A stretch of DNA of 64,000 bases from NCBI GenBank assembly GCA_038496445.1, contig JALMLS010000220.1:62001-126000 (forward strand), in the 5' to 3' direction. The notes under the pieces are model-generated. The model did no database searches. It was not told the DNA's origin and saw only the letters and a list, made by a program, of their open reading frames with translations. This DNA is from Trichosphaerium sp. ATCC 40318 (taxonomy: Eukaryota > Protista > Tubulinea). Both the position numbers and the translations under genes were made by a program. Below are positions 12,585-25,936 of the stretch, one piece after another (within the stretch, counting starts at the first letter, position 1; each line of letters begins with the position of its first letter).

Positions 12585-13781
12585 ATGGGGGCCAAATTGG
12601 CCAAGAAACACAGTGACAAGGATGCAGTTCGGGACAGAAGGTCCAAAAGCCTTGCAAAAAAACCAACAAAAAAGAAAGGCTTCGCAAAGCTGCGTGGTAG
12701 AAGTAGAAGTAATAGCGTAAAGGTGTCTAAGAGACGACGAAAGAAACATGAAACACACAACCCTTTTGCACAGGAGCTAGCTGCTTCTGGGTTATCATCT
12801 TCGCGAACTCTACGCACCAGCGATACAAACGACCCTCCAAAATCGAACTCCACTATCTCAAGCAAAACAGGTAAGAAACTTGTTGTGAATGAGAAGGTAG
12901 CAAGCCCAACGGGCGCAGGGGTACGCCATTTATATTTTGATTGTATTTTACGCAAGCGCATCACTAATCAAACTAAGGCGATTCCACCAGAAAAATGCCC
13001 TAAATCAACAGTGGAACCTTTTTCAGTACCATTTTTAAACGTGCAACAGGTAGGCAGCATATAACAATAAACTAGCGCTGAATTAAACGCTTAGGAGTCT
13101 GTTAAACGAAACAAAGTAAAATCAAAAACCTCTGTGCGAGCACAAGAGTGGCATAGAAAACTAGACGAACTAGCCGAATCTAGGGAATTGTCACCAACTA
13201 CACCAACCACGCCACCAGGTAATACATTAAAACATAAAACAGCGTTTAAGAGACGTTGCAAATAACACAAAAAAACAATAACCGCTCAAAACTCGCCTGT
13301 CGAACACTTTTTTATTATTCTACCTTTGTAGCTGCAATTATTATTACTAGACGCAGTATTTTATTTACAGAAGAGGTTAAAAAAATGCTTGTAGTTTCCA
13401 ATTATAACTTTTAGTGGCATTTCACCGTTTTTTCTGCCTTGATTGTTCGTTCTTTGGCACTTACCTTTTTTATGTTAGTAGAGGCTACTACTGCCAGAAC
13501 TGATAATGAAATGTTTCAACAATGTAAAATAGAAGAACACCCAGACATAGTTGGGTCACCTTCAGATGTTTGTACAGTTGGACAACTATGGCAAGTGTGT
13601 GGTGAATTACATCCCACATCAACGTTTTCAGGTACCTAAAATTGGTTCAAACTTCTATTTTCTCGACAGTTTTTGACCTGCAAAGGCCAAGGGCGTCTGT
13701 TTTATTTAAAAAAAAACACAGACTTTGACATACTTTTTTTCTTACCGTACTTACAATTTTATTAGCTCTTCCGACGTGTAG
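12585..13781 (+). CDS. Hypothetical basic, low-complexity protein, probably N-myristoylated (multi-exon)
   Basis: MGAKLAKK start and Lys/Arg-rich ORF. GT-AG introns link further exons. The most parsimonious end is ...RPRASSDV*. Internal exons are uncertain. Confidence 0.55.
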
Positions 13782-14157
13782 GACTCTCAGAACAAACTCT
13801 ACTTCATCACTTCCAAGGCTACAGCTTTAGAGTGGATGATTCATTTTTCGCATTCAAAAAAAAAAAAACGACTTTGCTAGTGTCATACGTTGTTTAACTG
13901 TAAAATAAAATTGTATTTTAGCGTCTGAGACTTAAGTTGAGACAGACGCAGAGAGGATTCTTCTGGCATTTGTGCCATATCACAAACTGCCCTGTACATA
14001 CTATAGTAATATCCTGTAGCTACGGAGCGTTTGTGAGTAAGAGCTAAGGTGTGCTAATAATAAGTTAGCATTTTTGTGTAGACACAACATTTGTTGAAGC
14101 AGCAACGTAGCAGTTATGTTCAGAAAACAATGTACTTGTAACTTTTAAGCACTCTTT

Positions 14158-17100
14158 ATGGGAAATCGCTCTGCTGGTAATTAGTGGTTGTTTTCGACTC
14201 TACCTATCCCTTTTTCTTGCGTATTATGACCTAACTGATATTAGCCGCCGGCCTAACGGCCAATAAGCAGTTATCCTTTGATGATCAGCCACAACCGCAA
14301 CAACAAGTAAGAATTAGGCGTTAGCATAAAAACACCCGTCTGTTTACTACTATTGTGTAAGTTAACGTCTTTTTGTAGCAAATGCCACCAAATTTAACGT
14401 CTAATTACTTCTCTGCGTCTATAAACCCGAGGTACCCTTTTTTTAAATAGTACCACGTCGGTTAATCTGTATTTTTTTTTTAGACAAATGCAAACAATGG
14501 AACCACCTCGTGGTGCGTCTCTTTACAACACTACAAACTGCTTGCCCAAAAATTTTTCAGTTGACAAACTGTTTTCTCACAAACTCTTAGCCAGTACGAG
14601 GAACTCTATACGACCTTCAATGGCACCTCGTCGTGTTATGCAACAGTCGTTGGCAAGTTCCATGGCACCTCGCAGAATGCTCAGTACTTCCAACCGTGCA
14701 GAGCCTACTATTTCGTATCGTAGGATGCAAAACATCGCGCCTGTACAACAAAGCGCTCCAGGGTCCATGGCACCACGTCGTATGCTTAACATGCAGGAGC
14801 CTCCGAATTACAATAATATTCCAACGCAAGTTTATCAACCTTCATCTCCTTCTTACGCGCCAAGAAAACCATTGATGCAATCAGCTCGTGCATCTATCAG
14901 TACGCCTACGCCAGAGAAACACAATCTTTATTTGATCCATTTTGGGATATTTTGTATCCAACACAAAAAATTTGTAACTAACTTTTTTTTGTCAAGATGT
15001 TCGAAAACCTCAAGTGACTGATGGGCTAAATCAACAACCACCTGGTTTTGGCGATTATTTGAATTTGCCAGTATACCAACAGCCTCAACAGCCTGTTCAG
15101 ACGATGAACATTGATGATATGGATATTGATATGTCTGATGTTAGCCTTGATATGCCAGTATTGGAATTTAAGCGCCCGTCTCGTCCTGAGGTACGTTGAG
15201 AATAGTAGGAATCTTTGAATTAGCTTATAGTCTTTCAGCATTTTGATATTCGCTGTACTGCTTCAAAGAAGCAAAAGTTAAGAGCTTCTGCTAGAGATAT
15301 GGAGTGGGAACCTTGTGCGTTTAGTTGGCAGTTGAGATTCGTTTTAATTTTTTTTGTTAGGCCTAAAATACACTGCACCAGAGAGTGTTATGTCCACTGA
15401 TGATGTAGAACGCGAGTTAGAGAATCTTGAAACACTGTGGGCGGAAGGTTTTATTCCAGAAGAGGAATACCTACGACGTAAAATGGTCCTTAGATGGTAT
15501 GTTCGGTGCACTGTTAGTGAGATCTAAATTATGTTTTTTAGGGCTAAGGAGCATTCATCGAATCTTTACGTACCAGAGGCACCACGTGTTGTTGGAAGAA
15601 AACCGTAAGTTTTACCTTATTCTTTTTTCTTCAAAGAACCAAAAAAATTGACTCTTGTACAGTACACGTGGAAAGAGTAGAAATGTTAGGTTGTTTATTT
15701 CATCGACTTTCCGTGATATGGGTACTGAGAGAGAAATCATCATAAAGAAGGTACTTCTCGACCCAGTAGTTTTGTTGTTTGTTTGTTTGCTTTTTTTTTT
15801 TTGCTTTTGTATCAAATGAGTATGTTATTGATTGTGATGTGCTTAGGTGTTCCCACAATTACAAAAATTTTGCAAGGATCGTGGCGTATTTTTGAGTTGT
15901 GTAGATCTTCGTTGGGGTATCACATCTGAGAATACTTCATCTGGCTCTACTCTTGATATTTGTTTAAGCGAAATTGATAGATGTCGTCCATACTTTATTT
16001 GTATGCTCGCCAACAGGTATGGCATTTATTTTAAAAATTACGCCATAGCTTGTATGTTTTGACATTATTTAAGGTATGGTTGGGCAAAACAAGGTGATAA
16101 GCCTGATCCTATGCTCGATAAAACACTCGAGTTTGCCAAGAAAAACTTTGCTTGGATCGAACAATACAAGTACGTTTTTTTCAAAAACTCTCGGCATATA
16201 TTACCTGTGAGAATCATTATACTCTTTGATGTTAATGTATTATACAGAGATCGTAGCGTTACTGAGCTTGAAGTACGCCATGCTGTTTTGAATGATATCA
16301 ATTCGAATACTGCGCAGCATGCTCTATTCTACATAAGGTAATTTATTTTGTATTTTTGATTGAAGGAATACAAACTTTCTTCGTTTCTTAATTACTTTTT
16401 CAAGGAAACAACGTGGAAGTAGTGATGATGATTTGAGGCTTACAAAGTTGAAGGAAGAAATGTACGGTTATCCACGTTATGAATTGCGTTTTCTTAAAGC
16501 TTTCTTTCTTTTAGCAAACGAAGCGGTCTACTCAATATAACTGATTACTCTGACCATTCTGCTTTCGAAGAGGCAGTTTTGACTCAACTTCAAGAAAGAA
16601 TTGAACGTGATTTCCCTAAGGAGGATGTACCTTCTCCTCTTGAAAGACAACGTATGGCTCATAATGCGTTTAAAGGTACTGTAGAATTATCGTTGAAGTA
16701 ATTAATTGTTTATTTACCAAATCATAGATACCCGTGCTCGTATCTATATTGGTCGCGAGAAGTACTTTGAGGTGGTCAATGATCACTTTGCCAAGAGTAA
16801 ACCAGGTCCGATGCTCATTGTCGGAGAGTCCGGTTCAGGTACGTTTAGTGTTAAAAGACTGTTTTCCTGGATTTTCTTTCTAAGTTTTTTGTTCCTCTAT
16901 AGGTAAGAGTGCCTTCGTTTGTAACTGGACAGTACGCCACCAGGAGAAGTTTCCTGATCGTCTTGTTATTCCACATTATATTGGATCTACTGCTGAAAGT
17001 ACTGACTTGTCTTCAATGCTACGTCGTGTTATGGTAAGCAAAGCACATTTATGTTTGCAATGGTTGATTACAATTTGTTTAGGGCGAGATTAAAGAACAT

Positions 17101-20100
17101 TGGGATCTCCGCATGAGTATTCCAACTGATCTTCAAAAGCTTATCGAAGCACTTCCAAATTTCCTTGCGGAAGCAGGTCGTCGTGGTGGTGTTACAGTAG
17201 TTCTTGATGCTCTTAACCAGCTTGAAAATAAGGACAATGCTCATGGTAAGAATTGATTGATTTTACTTCAAAATTAACTTTCTTTAGCTCTGCGTTGGTT
17301 ACCAACACAGTTGCCAAATAATGTACTTCTACTTTGCTCTACGCTTCCTGGTACTTGTTACAATAACGTCAAATCTCGTAACTGGTGCGAAATTGATTTG
17401 CAGTACTTGCTTGTTTACTTTTTTTTAGGAGGGAAATGCGAATCAAGCCTCTTGATTCTGTTGAGCGTACTCAACTAGTAACTGAATATATGGCACAATA
17501 TGGTAAAACATTGACCGAGAAACAAACTAAGATGATAGTTAATGCAGCTCAATGTCAAAATGCATTGTTCTTACGGTATGCAGTATTTATTCTAAGCAAT
17601 GTGAGAAATATATTGATACTTTCTTTAGTACTCTTCTGGAGGAAGTACGCGTATTTGGTGTATTCGAGGAGCTTGAAAAACATATAAGCTCATTATTGCG
17701 TGCAAGGACACCGCCACAATTGTTTGAGCTTGTGTTCAAACGTCTTGAGAGGGATTATGAAAAGGTATTTTAAGATCGCTATTTTTATGTATCTAAAAAA
17801 TTGAATAGGAACGCAAGGGCCTAGTTGGACAACTCATGTCTCTTATATGGGTGGCAAGAAAAGGTCTTACTGAGTCTGAAGTATTATCTATTCTTAACTT
17901 GCCTGCATCTATTTGGGCTCCTCTTTTCATGGCTCTTGATGAAAGTCTTGTCAGTCGGTACGATCTAATTTATAAAGTTCATAAATATTGTCAAGTTTGC
18001 TTATGCTTTTTGTTAGTGGCGGTTATTTGACATTCTTCCATGACTACATGAGACAAGCTGTTGAGAAACGTTATCTCTCTTCGCAATCAAAGAAGAGATC
18101 TTGTCGTAATACTATTGTTACATCCTTCTTGGATAAATCTCGTAACATTGATGAGAGACGTGTATTGGAAGAGGTTAGTCATAAAAAACTTTTACTGATT
18201 CTAGTTGCTTATTTTTTTTCATAGGTGCCATACCAATTGGAGCGTTGTGAGCTTTGGGATCGTCTTTCTGCATTTGTTACAGATGTAAAGAACTTCAAGA
18301 GTCTATGTAATGATGAATATCGATTCGATATGTACCGCTATTGGCGTGGTGTTGGTGCTCATTGCCCAGGCGCTAAGCCAAAATTCGTAAAATCTATTAT
18401 GAATTGTAAGTACAACTTCAAAACAAGACACGTGCTTACTCTTCTATTTTTAGCCAAGGACGAACCTGCTATGTTACTTGCTGGTAAATTCGCGCAAGAT
18501 ATCGGTGTATATGATGTCGCCGAAACTCTACTATCTGCAGTACGTAAAAACTAACCTTTTGTTTTGATTTTCTCTTCCTTTCTTCTTGAAGATTTCTTTT
18601 GCTTATTGTTTTTTTCACTTTAACAGGCTCTTGCTATTGCTCGTAAACGTGGCGATTATAATGAAGAGTTGGCTGGACGTATAGAAGGATTAGCTTACCT
18701 CGTTCGTATGCGTGGAAGGTGAGAACTTAGGATTTTTTTATAGTGTTTATTAGTTATTTCTAAACGTGTCCTCTTTTTTAGATACAAGGAGTCAATTCCT
18801 CTTTACAAAGAAGCTATCACTCTTCGCGAACAATTTTGTTCCGACCAAGATCCAAAACTTGCTTCTGTATACAACAGTAAGTATTGTGGTGTTGTTTTGG
18901 TTATTTCTTTTTTTTTTCCTCCTCTTTTCTGTTGTTGGATGCTTACACTTACATAAAGGTCTTGCTATTGTATATCGTCTTAGTGGAAAGTACGATTTGG
19001 CTGAGCCTTTGTATGAACGTGCTCTTAAACTTAGAAAAGCCATTTACGGTGAGATGCATGAAGATATTGCGCAGAGTTACAACAGGTAACAGATTTTTTC
19101 TTATATTGATAATTGCAAAAGTATTTATTTTTGCTTTTAGCTTGGGTTGCTTGAATCAAGATATGGGTCGATATGAGAAGTCAGAGAGGTTCTTGTTCTT
19201 GGCAATCGCCCAAAGAGAAACATTGCTTGGGAATAGTCACCCTGATGGTAATAGGCTTTGAAGAACACTTCAGATCTAACCTTTATTTAGTTGCCATGTC
19301 CGTATCTAATCTTGGTGGCTTATACTTGGATTGGAGTAAATATGATAAAGCTGTAAGTATAGATGAGCTCTTTCTTATTATTTTCTTCATTCTTACTCAG
19401 TTATTTAAAGGGAGAGAATTATAAACGAGCTCTGGATATTTACGTTGGTGTTTTTGGAGAAGAACATCCTTCTGTTGCTCAATCTCTTAACAGGTGAGTA
19501 ATTTCAAAAAAGACTTTTTTTTTTGGTTTGCTTGATTTCTTACTTCCTTTTTTTAAGCTTGGCTGGTTTATACCAAGAACAAGGCGACTATGATAAAGCC
19601 GAAGGTGTATACATGCGTACTTTGAGTGTAAAGAAAGCACTATTGGGAGAGCTACATCCTGACTACGGTAACTAAAATGTTAATGAATTATTAGCTTCTT
19701 ACGTTCCTTTTTTTAGCTTTAACACTTAATGATGTCGCTGTCTTGTATGCTAGACAAGATAAGTACCCACAAGCTGAGAAGTACTACGTACAGGTATGAT
19801 TTTCTAACAAACTTCAGTGACTTGTACTAACTGTTATGGACAGGCTGTAGGGATAAGAAAGCAAGTACTTGGTGAACAACATCCTGATTATGGTGCGTCC
19901 TCTATTGTTCTTCGTTTCTAATAATTTATGTAGCTCAATCGCTTAAGAATTTGGCGTCCCTTTACCAGGATATGGGATCCTATGCAAAGGCTGAACCACT
20001 CTTCAAGGTATGAGATTGCAAATGATTGTAGAAAAGTGCGCTAATTATTTTTCAAAAAGCGTGGTCTCAAGATTGCTGAAGCTGCGTTTGGACCAAATCA

Positions 20101-20847
20101 CTTGGATGTTGGTAGCTCTTGTGTAACTTTAGCTGGTTTATACCAACTCACTTCCCGATTCAACGAAGCTATTCCATTGTATAAACGTGCTTTGGAAATT
20201 TACAAGGTAAGTTTTGGTTTTTTTCTTTGTTTTTTCTTAGTAGTTTGTTCTTTTGTGTGAGTTAATTCTCGGGTTAGACACTCGGAGAGTTCCACGCTGA
20301 TATTGCGCTTACATTAAATGATTTTGCTATCTTGTACTATAGAAAGGGAGATTATACTCAAGCAACCAAGTTTTATCTCAAAGGTAACTTTTTTCTGTTT
20401 TCTTCTTTTTACAGTTTTGTTTAACCATTTGAAAGCCTTGAACAATTATGAGCATGTATTCGGTAAAGATCATCCAGATGTTGGCATGTCTAATTTAAAT
20501 ATCGCACAGTTTTATAAGGCTATCGGTATGACTAGTTATCAACCAATGCAAGAAATTTTTAGTTACTAACCTTTTTTCTTTTAAAAATAGGCCAACCAGC
20601 AAAGGGAGTTTCTCATGCAAAGGAAGCTATTCGTATATTCATAAAGAGATTTGGAGAGAGTCACCAAAAGACTCAAAAGGCGAAAGGAACATTGTCTGAT
20701 CTTCAAAGTTCAGGTCCAGCAGCTCCAAGGTGCGTTACTGGCTTTTTTTTTTTTTTTTGTTGCTTATTCTGGTTTAGTCGAGGACCAACAAATAGGGCTA
20801 AACATAGGCCAAAATACTCAATGAACCGCGCTTATGGACGTCATTAA
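14158..20847 (+). CDS. DUF4062 + NACHT NTPase + TPR-repeat protein (nephrocystin-3-like), about 39 introns
   Basis: VRLFISSTFRDMGTERE, VDLRWGIT, CLSEIDRCRPYFI, RSVTELEV (DUF4062). Walker A GESGSGKS, Walker B VVLDALNQL, FFHDYMRQAV. Many kinesin-light-chain-type TPRs (AEPLYERALKLRKAIYGEMHEDIAQSYN). AATAAA at about 20890. Confidence 0.9.
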
Positions 20848-20944
20848 ATCTTTTGTGAAGTGTACCATTACCTGGTAGTATGGAAATACAATAAAAGAAC
20901 TTTGTGCCATCATGTTTTTTTTTCCGACCAAACGTTTTTTGTAG

Positions 20945-21331
20945 CCGTACTCGCCGTCAAATTACTCATTGCCACAAGTGACTCAAAATCCAAACCCTAG
21001 CCCTAATAACTGTTCCAAGGTCAACATACATACAACTAGCACTGTAGTTCTTAATGTGAATTACCCTGGGTCTAAACCAGGGAATACTCTAGTTTCTAGC
21101 TTCTGCTTAGTAAGTGAGATAGATGATCAGGGAATACGTATAGAATACAATATGCAGCTCAACATATATGAACCAGAAAACGTTGGTAGTCGATAAGCTG
21201 GGCACACTTTGGTTCCAGGTCAGTGGGTAGCCGATGGGGAGAAAGTTGTGTATTCACAAACAATGTATGAATTGCAGATGGATCAGCCGACGCTACAAAA
21301 CAAAAAGCTTGTTCACAATTCTATTGAATAA
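20945..21331 (+). other. Two apparently coding exons with no evident start codon (orphan gene fragment or alternative exons)
   Basis: Acceptor TTTTTGTAG at 20944, open frame, a 33-nt GT-AG intron keeping the frame, stop at 21329-21331. Confidence 0.3.
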
Positions 21332-21578
21332 ACACTACATTTATGCTATTTAACAGTTGTCTTCAGTTTTAGTAGTAGGCAGACCGTGTTAGTGTACTAT
21401 TGCAAGTTGAACGCTTTACTGCCTTAAACTTCACATTGGTTCTGCGGCTTCTATTATTACAGTACACAAGTTATATGATGTTCTACTCTGTAGATATTTC
21501 TTACTAGTTCGTCATACAAAGAATAGGGTTCAAACGAAGAAGATTGAGATTTATTGTCAAACTTTAAAAATCGACAAA

Positions 21579-22494
21579 TTATGGATTGATCAACACTCCT
21601 CTAATGTCACTCCTTTGTACTTTGTACTTCCATTATCGAAAAGCCTCCAACCGAAGCGAAGGTTGTCTATCTCCGCATCATAACCGTGACATCCTGCAAG
21701 GTGTTTTGGTAAAATCTCAGGGTTATCATTGTCGTAATCTTCAGCAATGTCAAGGTTGATGTTTTCTAGTGTTACAACCGGGATACCACCGCCGTCTCTG
21801 TCTATTGTTCTATAACAGAAGTACGCTTTTTCCAGTTGGTTCTTAAAACCGTTGATACCCCTGAAATCACGTGGTCTACGAAAATAATGTCAAAAAATTT
21901 AAAATACCACGTGCGCACGAAATAAAAAAGGGAAAATCTGGAAGTTTGATGGAAAGTGTTTTTTCTCCCCATATCATCAATAAATTTACCACCTAATCTT
22001 CCCCATTGAGGGAAAGGGTGCTATAGTCCACGTCCGGCGACTGAGGACTCAATTTGTTGATGGTGTGGGGAGAAAAACACTTTCATTATACTTCTAAATT
22101 TCTAAACTTCCAGATTTTCCCCATTCCCGCACGAAACGTCATTGTGCGTCAGTCAAACATTTACATTAATTGTGCTGTTGGTTTAAATTTAGTACCTAAA
22201 TTTTGGTTCAAGGGCAGGCACTTTTTCTCCTTCAACTGATTCTATAGTGAGCGTTCTACGAGATTCGTCCTCTATGTCGACCATCCAACGCCAACAGAAT
22301 TTAGAATTGGCTACACTTTTGCGGAAGCCGTTAACAGATAATAGCTGCGTTGGGAGTATATTTGTTAGGTTTTCTGTTGGTGTTTGTGTTTTTGAAGTTT
22401 TAGACGTTTTGGCGCCTGTTCTTACGGTCTTCTTTGAGCTAGTGTGAGCTCCTGTTCTTGATGAAGTACCAGAGCCTGTTCTCTTGCTTGCCAT
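21579..22494 (-). CDS. Hypothetical protein with a basic Ser/Thr-rich N-terminus; first intron (22195-21876) carries a hairpin element
   Basis: Exon 1 MASKRTGSG...EPKFR with a GTACTA donor. A downstream open exon reads ...YFCYRTIDRDGGGIPVVTLENINL...GVLINP*. The middle junction is uncertain. Confidence 0.6.
21914..22136. mobile_element. MITE-like foldback element (about 205 bp) with long imperfect inverted repeats, flanked by a 9-bp direct repeat
   Basis: Arm 21930-21986 (GGGAAAATCTGGAAGTTT..GAAAGTGTTTTTTCTCCCCATATCATCAATAAATT) is complementary to 22051-22122. CGCACGAAA occurs at 21914-21922 and 22128-22136. Confidence 0.6.
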
Positions 22495-22881
22495 ATTTAT
22501 GACGTTTTTCAACACCTGCTTAACTGATTAAGTGCACCATATCCGGCTTTTTTTTTTCCTTGAAAACTAACGCTACTGAGCCGTATTATAAGTTGTACAG
22601 CAATTAACTAGCCATTCTAGCGTCAGTATTTCAACGACTTTTGTTGTAAGAATTAGTTAGGATAACCTAAAAGCAGCTCAAAAAGGGAAAAAAGCCTTAA
22701 GTGAAATAATGAAATTACGAGAAGATACAAAGAAGGTAAGTTCCATGAATTGTTTACCCGCTCAATGCTTTGGATATACTGCGAAAATATCCCTACTAAA
22801 CCAATTACCTTGGGTATACAAGTATGTTATACATTCGATATTGCCCACGTGGACTTAAAAACGTGATACTGTTTTATCAAA

Positions 22882-23553
22882 ATGACGATGAACACACTTC
22901 TTGCTTTTGCCGTTGTCCTGTTATTAACTCTGTGTGTTGACGCTCAAGATGAATACACTTGTAGTAAACCTAGGGCTTGTTTTAAAATAAACACAGGTGG
23001 AGCATTCGATAGACTTCGCAAGAGGTTTGGTACTGATGACGACTGCAGCCAGTTTAGTGGCAGTTGGTTTAGTGATATTTGTATTGATCTGGTCGATCCT
23101 CTAGACACTGTCCTTGATGTCTGCACGGTTGACACTGATAGGACGGAATTTATATTGAAGGTAACGCTGAAGAGCGATGGGTTTAAACTAAATACACACA
23201 ACAATCCAACTTTTCCAGTTCTCGAATGCTCTGATAGTACAAATTTCAGAACAAGCATCGTGTTTGATAACTTGGATGTTTCGGTAAGTGCTGTAAATAC
23301 AATAGGTTTGTGTTAACACATGAAATAGATAAAATACACCACCTTCACAAAGGTAATAGACCAGACACCCACAGCAACAACGGAATCACCTCAAGAAAGC
23401 GAGCCCACCTCAAACTCTCCACCAGATAGTACAACGCCAACAACAATAGTCACCGTGTCACCTAACTCACCTGATGGAAGTCAGCCGAGTGCAGCATCCA
23501 GTATCTTTACGCTTAATGCTATAATATTATGTCTGCTCGTAATTACGCTGTAG
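22882..23553 (+). CDS. Secreted, probably GPI-anchored Cys-containing surface protein (2 exons)
   Basis: Signal peptide, Cys-rich domain, Ser/Thr/Pro stalk, and a C-terminal SAASSIFTLNAIILCLLVITL hydrophobic tail. AATAAA follows. Confidence 0.8.
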
Positions 23554-24257
23554 CTTGCCGAATAAATCCTATTTTATTCCCTCACTATCAAACAGTAGTA
23601 CTGTAGTTGTTGTGAGTTATAGTCTAATGATATAGTATCGTTTATGTATAGGTTACCATCATGGAAACACACCAAACAATACCCACTATGGCTGACAAAG
23701 CATCATTGAGATTCAGGGTGGCAATTGTTTTCACCTGGTCGTACATGTGGCTACGTTTAAAATCACAGTTTTCAAGTCTAAATTTAACCTTTTCAAAAGC
23801 AGTGTGTGGTGCTCACAACATGAGCGATGTCTTGTGGTACCTACCATGTAATCTTTTAGAGTGGAGAGCGTAAACATCTATAGTGAACCCTTCGAAATAC
23901 GAGTGTATTAGAGGCAACATGTCGCAATGATAGTGCATTAGCAGCAATGAGCATAACCGCCACAAGTGTAGTCTGGCAAGCCACAGTTATCTGTACAAGA
24001 AAAGTACATAGCCACTACACAAATGGCAACGTCAAAGGATATCTAAAGTCTTTGTCAGAACACGTTTGTGCCAAGTTAGGCTTCCGGTTCTATTCCGCTG
24101 CTTTTTTAGACAAGTACAGGTACAAAAAACTAGATTAATTTCAAAGCAGAATTCATACCTCCATTTTAAGCAAAAAGTCAAAGAGCGTAAACAGCGCTAG
24201 TACAATAATAACTCACACTCACTACCGCACCCACTCCCAACTAAGTTCAATTCCAAC

Positions 24258-25522
24258 ATGGTGCCACCTTCTGCACTGCAAGCTATGATTGACAAGAATG
24301 AACACCAGCACAGCTGCGAAGAAGCATCTCACGAAAACACTTCACCACAAGTTCTTGTGCTCATTAAACTAGCAGTATTGCTCGTAGCGTCATTTGTATT
24401 GTACTTTGTTCAAAGAGCAAAGGGCAAACCTTTCAAAAAGCATAGCGATGCTTATGGAGTTCACGCAGTGACTCTAAAGAAAGGATTGCTTTCTTTAATG
24501 GTCCGGAAAGAACAGTAGACGGAATTTGTAAACTAATTTGCTTAATAGATTTTCTATCTATTAGCAGCGCTATTCTTTCATTGGCTGAACATACTACAAG
24601 TTGTCGTACTTGTAATTGGTATAATGTAAGTAGTACATAATTAGCAATACCACGTCTAAAACGGCAAACTCATTTATAATTTAGAGGTGCAACGCGTAGG
24701 AAAAGGGCTGCACTTATTATTGTACGCTTCTAAGGACAAATTCTTTTTTCCCTTTATGCTGACGTTTTGTGTAGTACTACGTTGCTGAAATAACGTTATT
24801 GATTCTATTCGTCGTTGGCATGATGTTCTATCTGTCTTACTTATTCCGCTTGCTTTCAACCCATACCATGATTAGCCATCACTCCCATACGATGGCAAAT
24901 GGCGTTAAATGCAATTCCCCAAAGCCTTCGGCCAAAATTTTCCTCCTTGAAGGTAAATTCAAGGTTTTTTCGGTTTGAACCTGACGCTTTTCTTTAGAAT
25001 GTATCAGTGTCGTTACTTTTGCCGTGATTCTATGTCTAAAGGCAAGCACCATCGTCCAAGCAAGAAAACTCTCAACAATGACAAAAGCGAACGTTATGCC
25101 TTACTTAGGTACGTACTAACACAATCTGACGCCTAGAGAGCGATAAAACAAAACAGACGTCATTCAAGCCGTTAAAAACGGTTTTTTCGTTGAAATCGCA
25201 TAAATTCGCTTGCGCTTGAATCTTACGTTTATTAAGACGAAGAAGCCGATAAATTCATGGATGGATCATCTTCAGAGGAAGAAGGAAGCGACAGCGAAGA
25301 GATTCTACAACATCATCCTGTACAACCAGTTTACATTGTCCCTCACCGGTTCGCTCAACCGGTTGGTCTTCCTCAACTGTATCCACTCGCAGTACGTCTA
25401 TTTTTTTGCTGTAGTTGTTCTAAATTCCAAGATGAAATCCGACGGCTTGTTTTTTTTTTTTTTCACTTGGCTTGTTTTACTGACGTACTTTCATGTAGCC
25501 TGGCGCAGTGAATCAGATCTAG
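24258..25522 (+). CDS. Multi-pass membrane protein with a tetraspanin-like TM2-TM3 segment (7 exons)
   Basis: Six GT-AG introns join exons in frame: VLVIGIIGATRRKRAALIIYYVAEITLLILFVVG. Further hydrophobic segments and an acidic/Pro-rich tail. Confidence 0.65.
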
Positions 25523-25865
25523 AACGGAATAAAAAGATATGATTTCTACGGTTATGGTAGGCTAGTACTGCGCTAACTAAAATCCGCTATCCTTATCCTT
25601 TTTTTTTATATCAATATGCCACTTTTGATTTGCTTGTGGCTTTCAAACAAAAAAAAAAATAAAACTTAGTTGTTTTAATTTTGTCTACGTAACAAATCTC
25701 ACAGAAATCTTATCATTTTTTAAACAACTTAAGATATTAAAAAAGAAGACAGTCTTTACCAAAGGCATGAAAACTACGTCACATGACATAGTAGGACTGT
25801 AGAAAAGTCGAGTTTTTGATCAAAAAAAAAAAATTAAGTAAATGATAATAATTGCGCACAGTTGT

Positions 25866-25936
25866 GGGATTGTGGTGTAGTGGTATCACTGGGTCTTAGG
25901 GTGACTCCAACCCGAGTTCGATTCTTGGCTATCCCC
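25866..25936 (+). tRNA. trnP: tRNA-Pro(AGG)
   Basis: Cloverleaf: acceptor GGGATTG/CTATCCC (one U-U), D arm GTGTAGTGGTATCAC, anticodon arm GGGTC-TTAGGGT-GACTC, T arm CCGAG-TTCGATT-CTTGG. Pol III T-run just downstream. Confidence 0.93.

Noticed and set aside
21987-22056. Hammerhead ribozyme suggested by CTGAGGA and GAAA in the hairpin core
   Set aside because: Stems I and III cannot be formed around a UH cleavage site, and stem II is out of register.
23661-24250. Possible spliced gene with an in-frame TGA right after an acceptor (selenoprotein?)
   Set aside because: No redox motif, recognisable family or evident SECIS. The structure is ambiguous on both strands.
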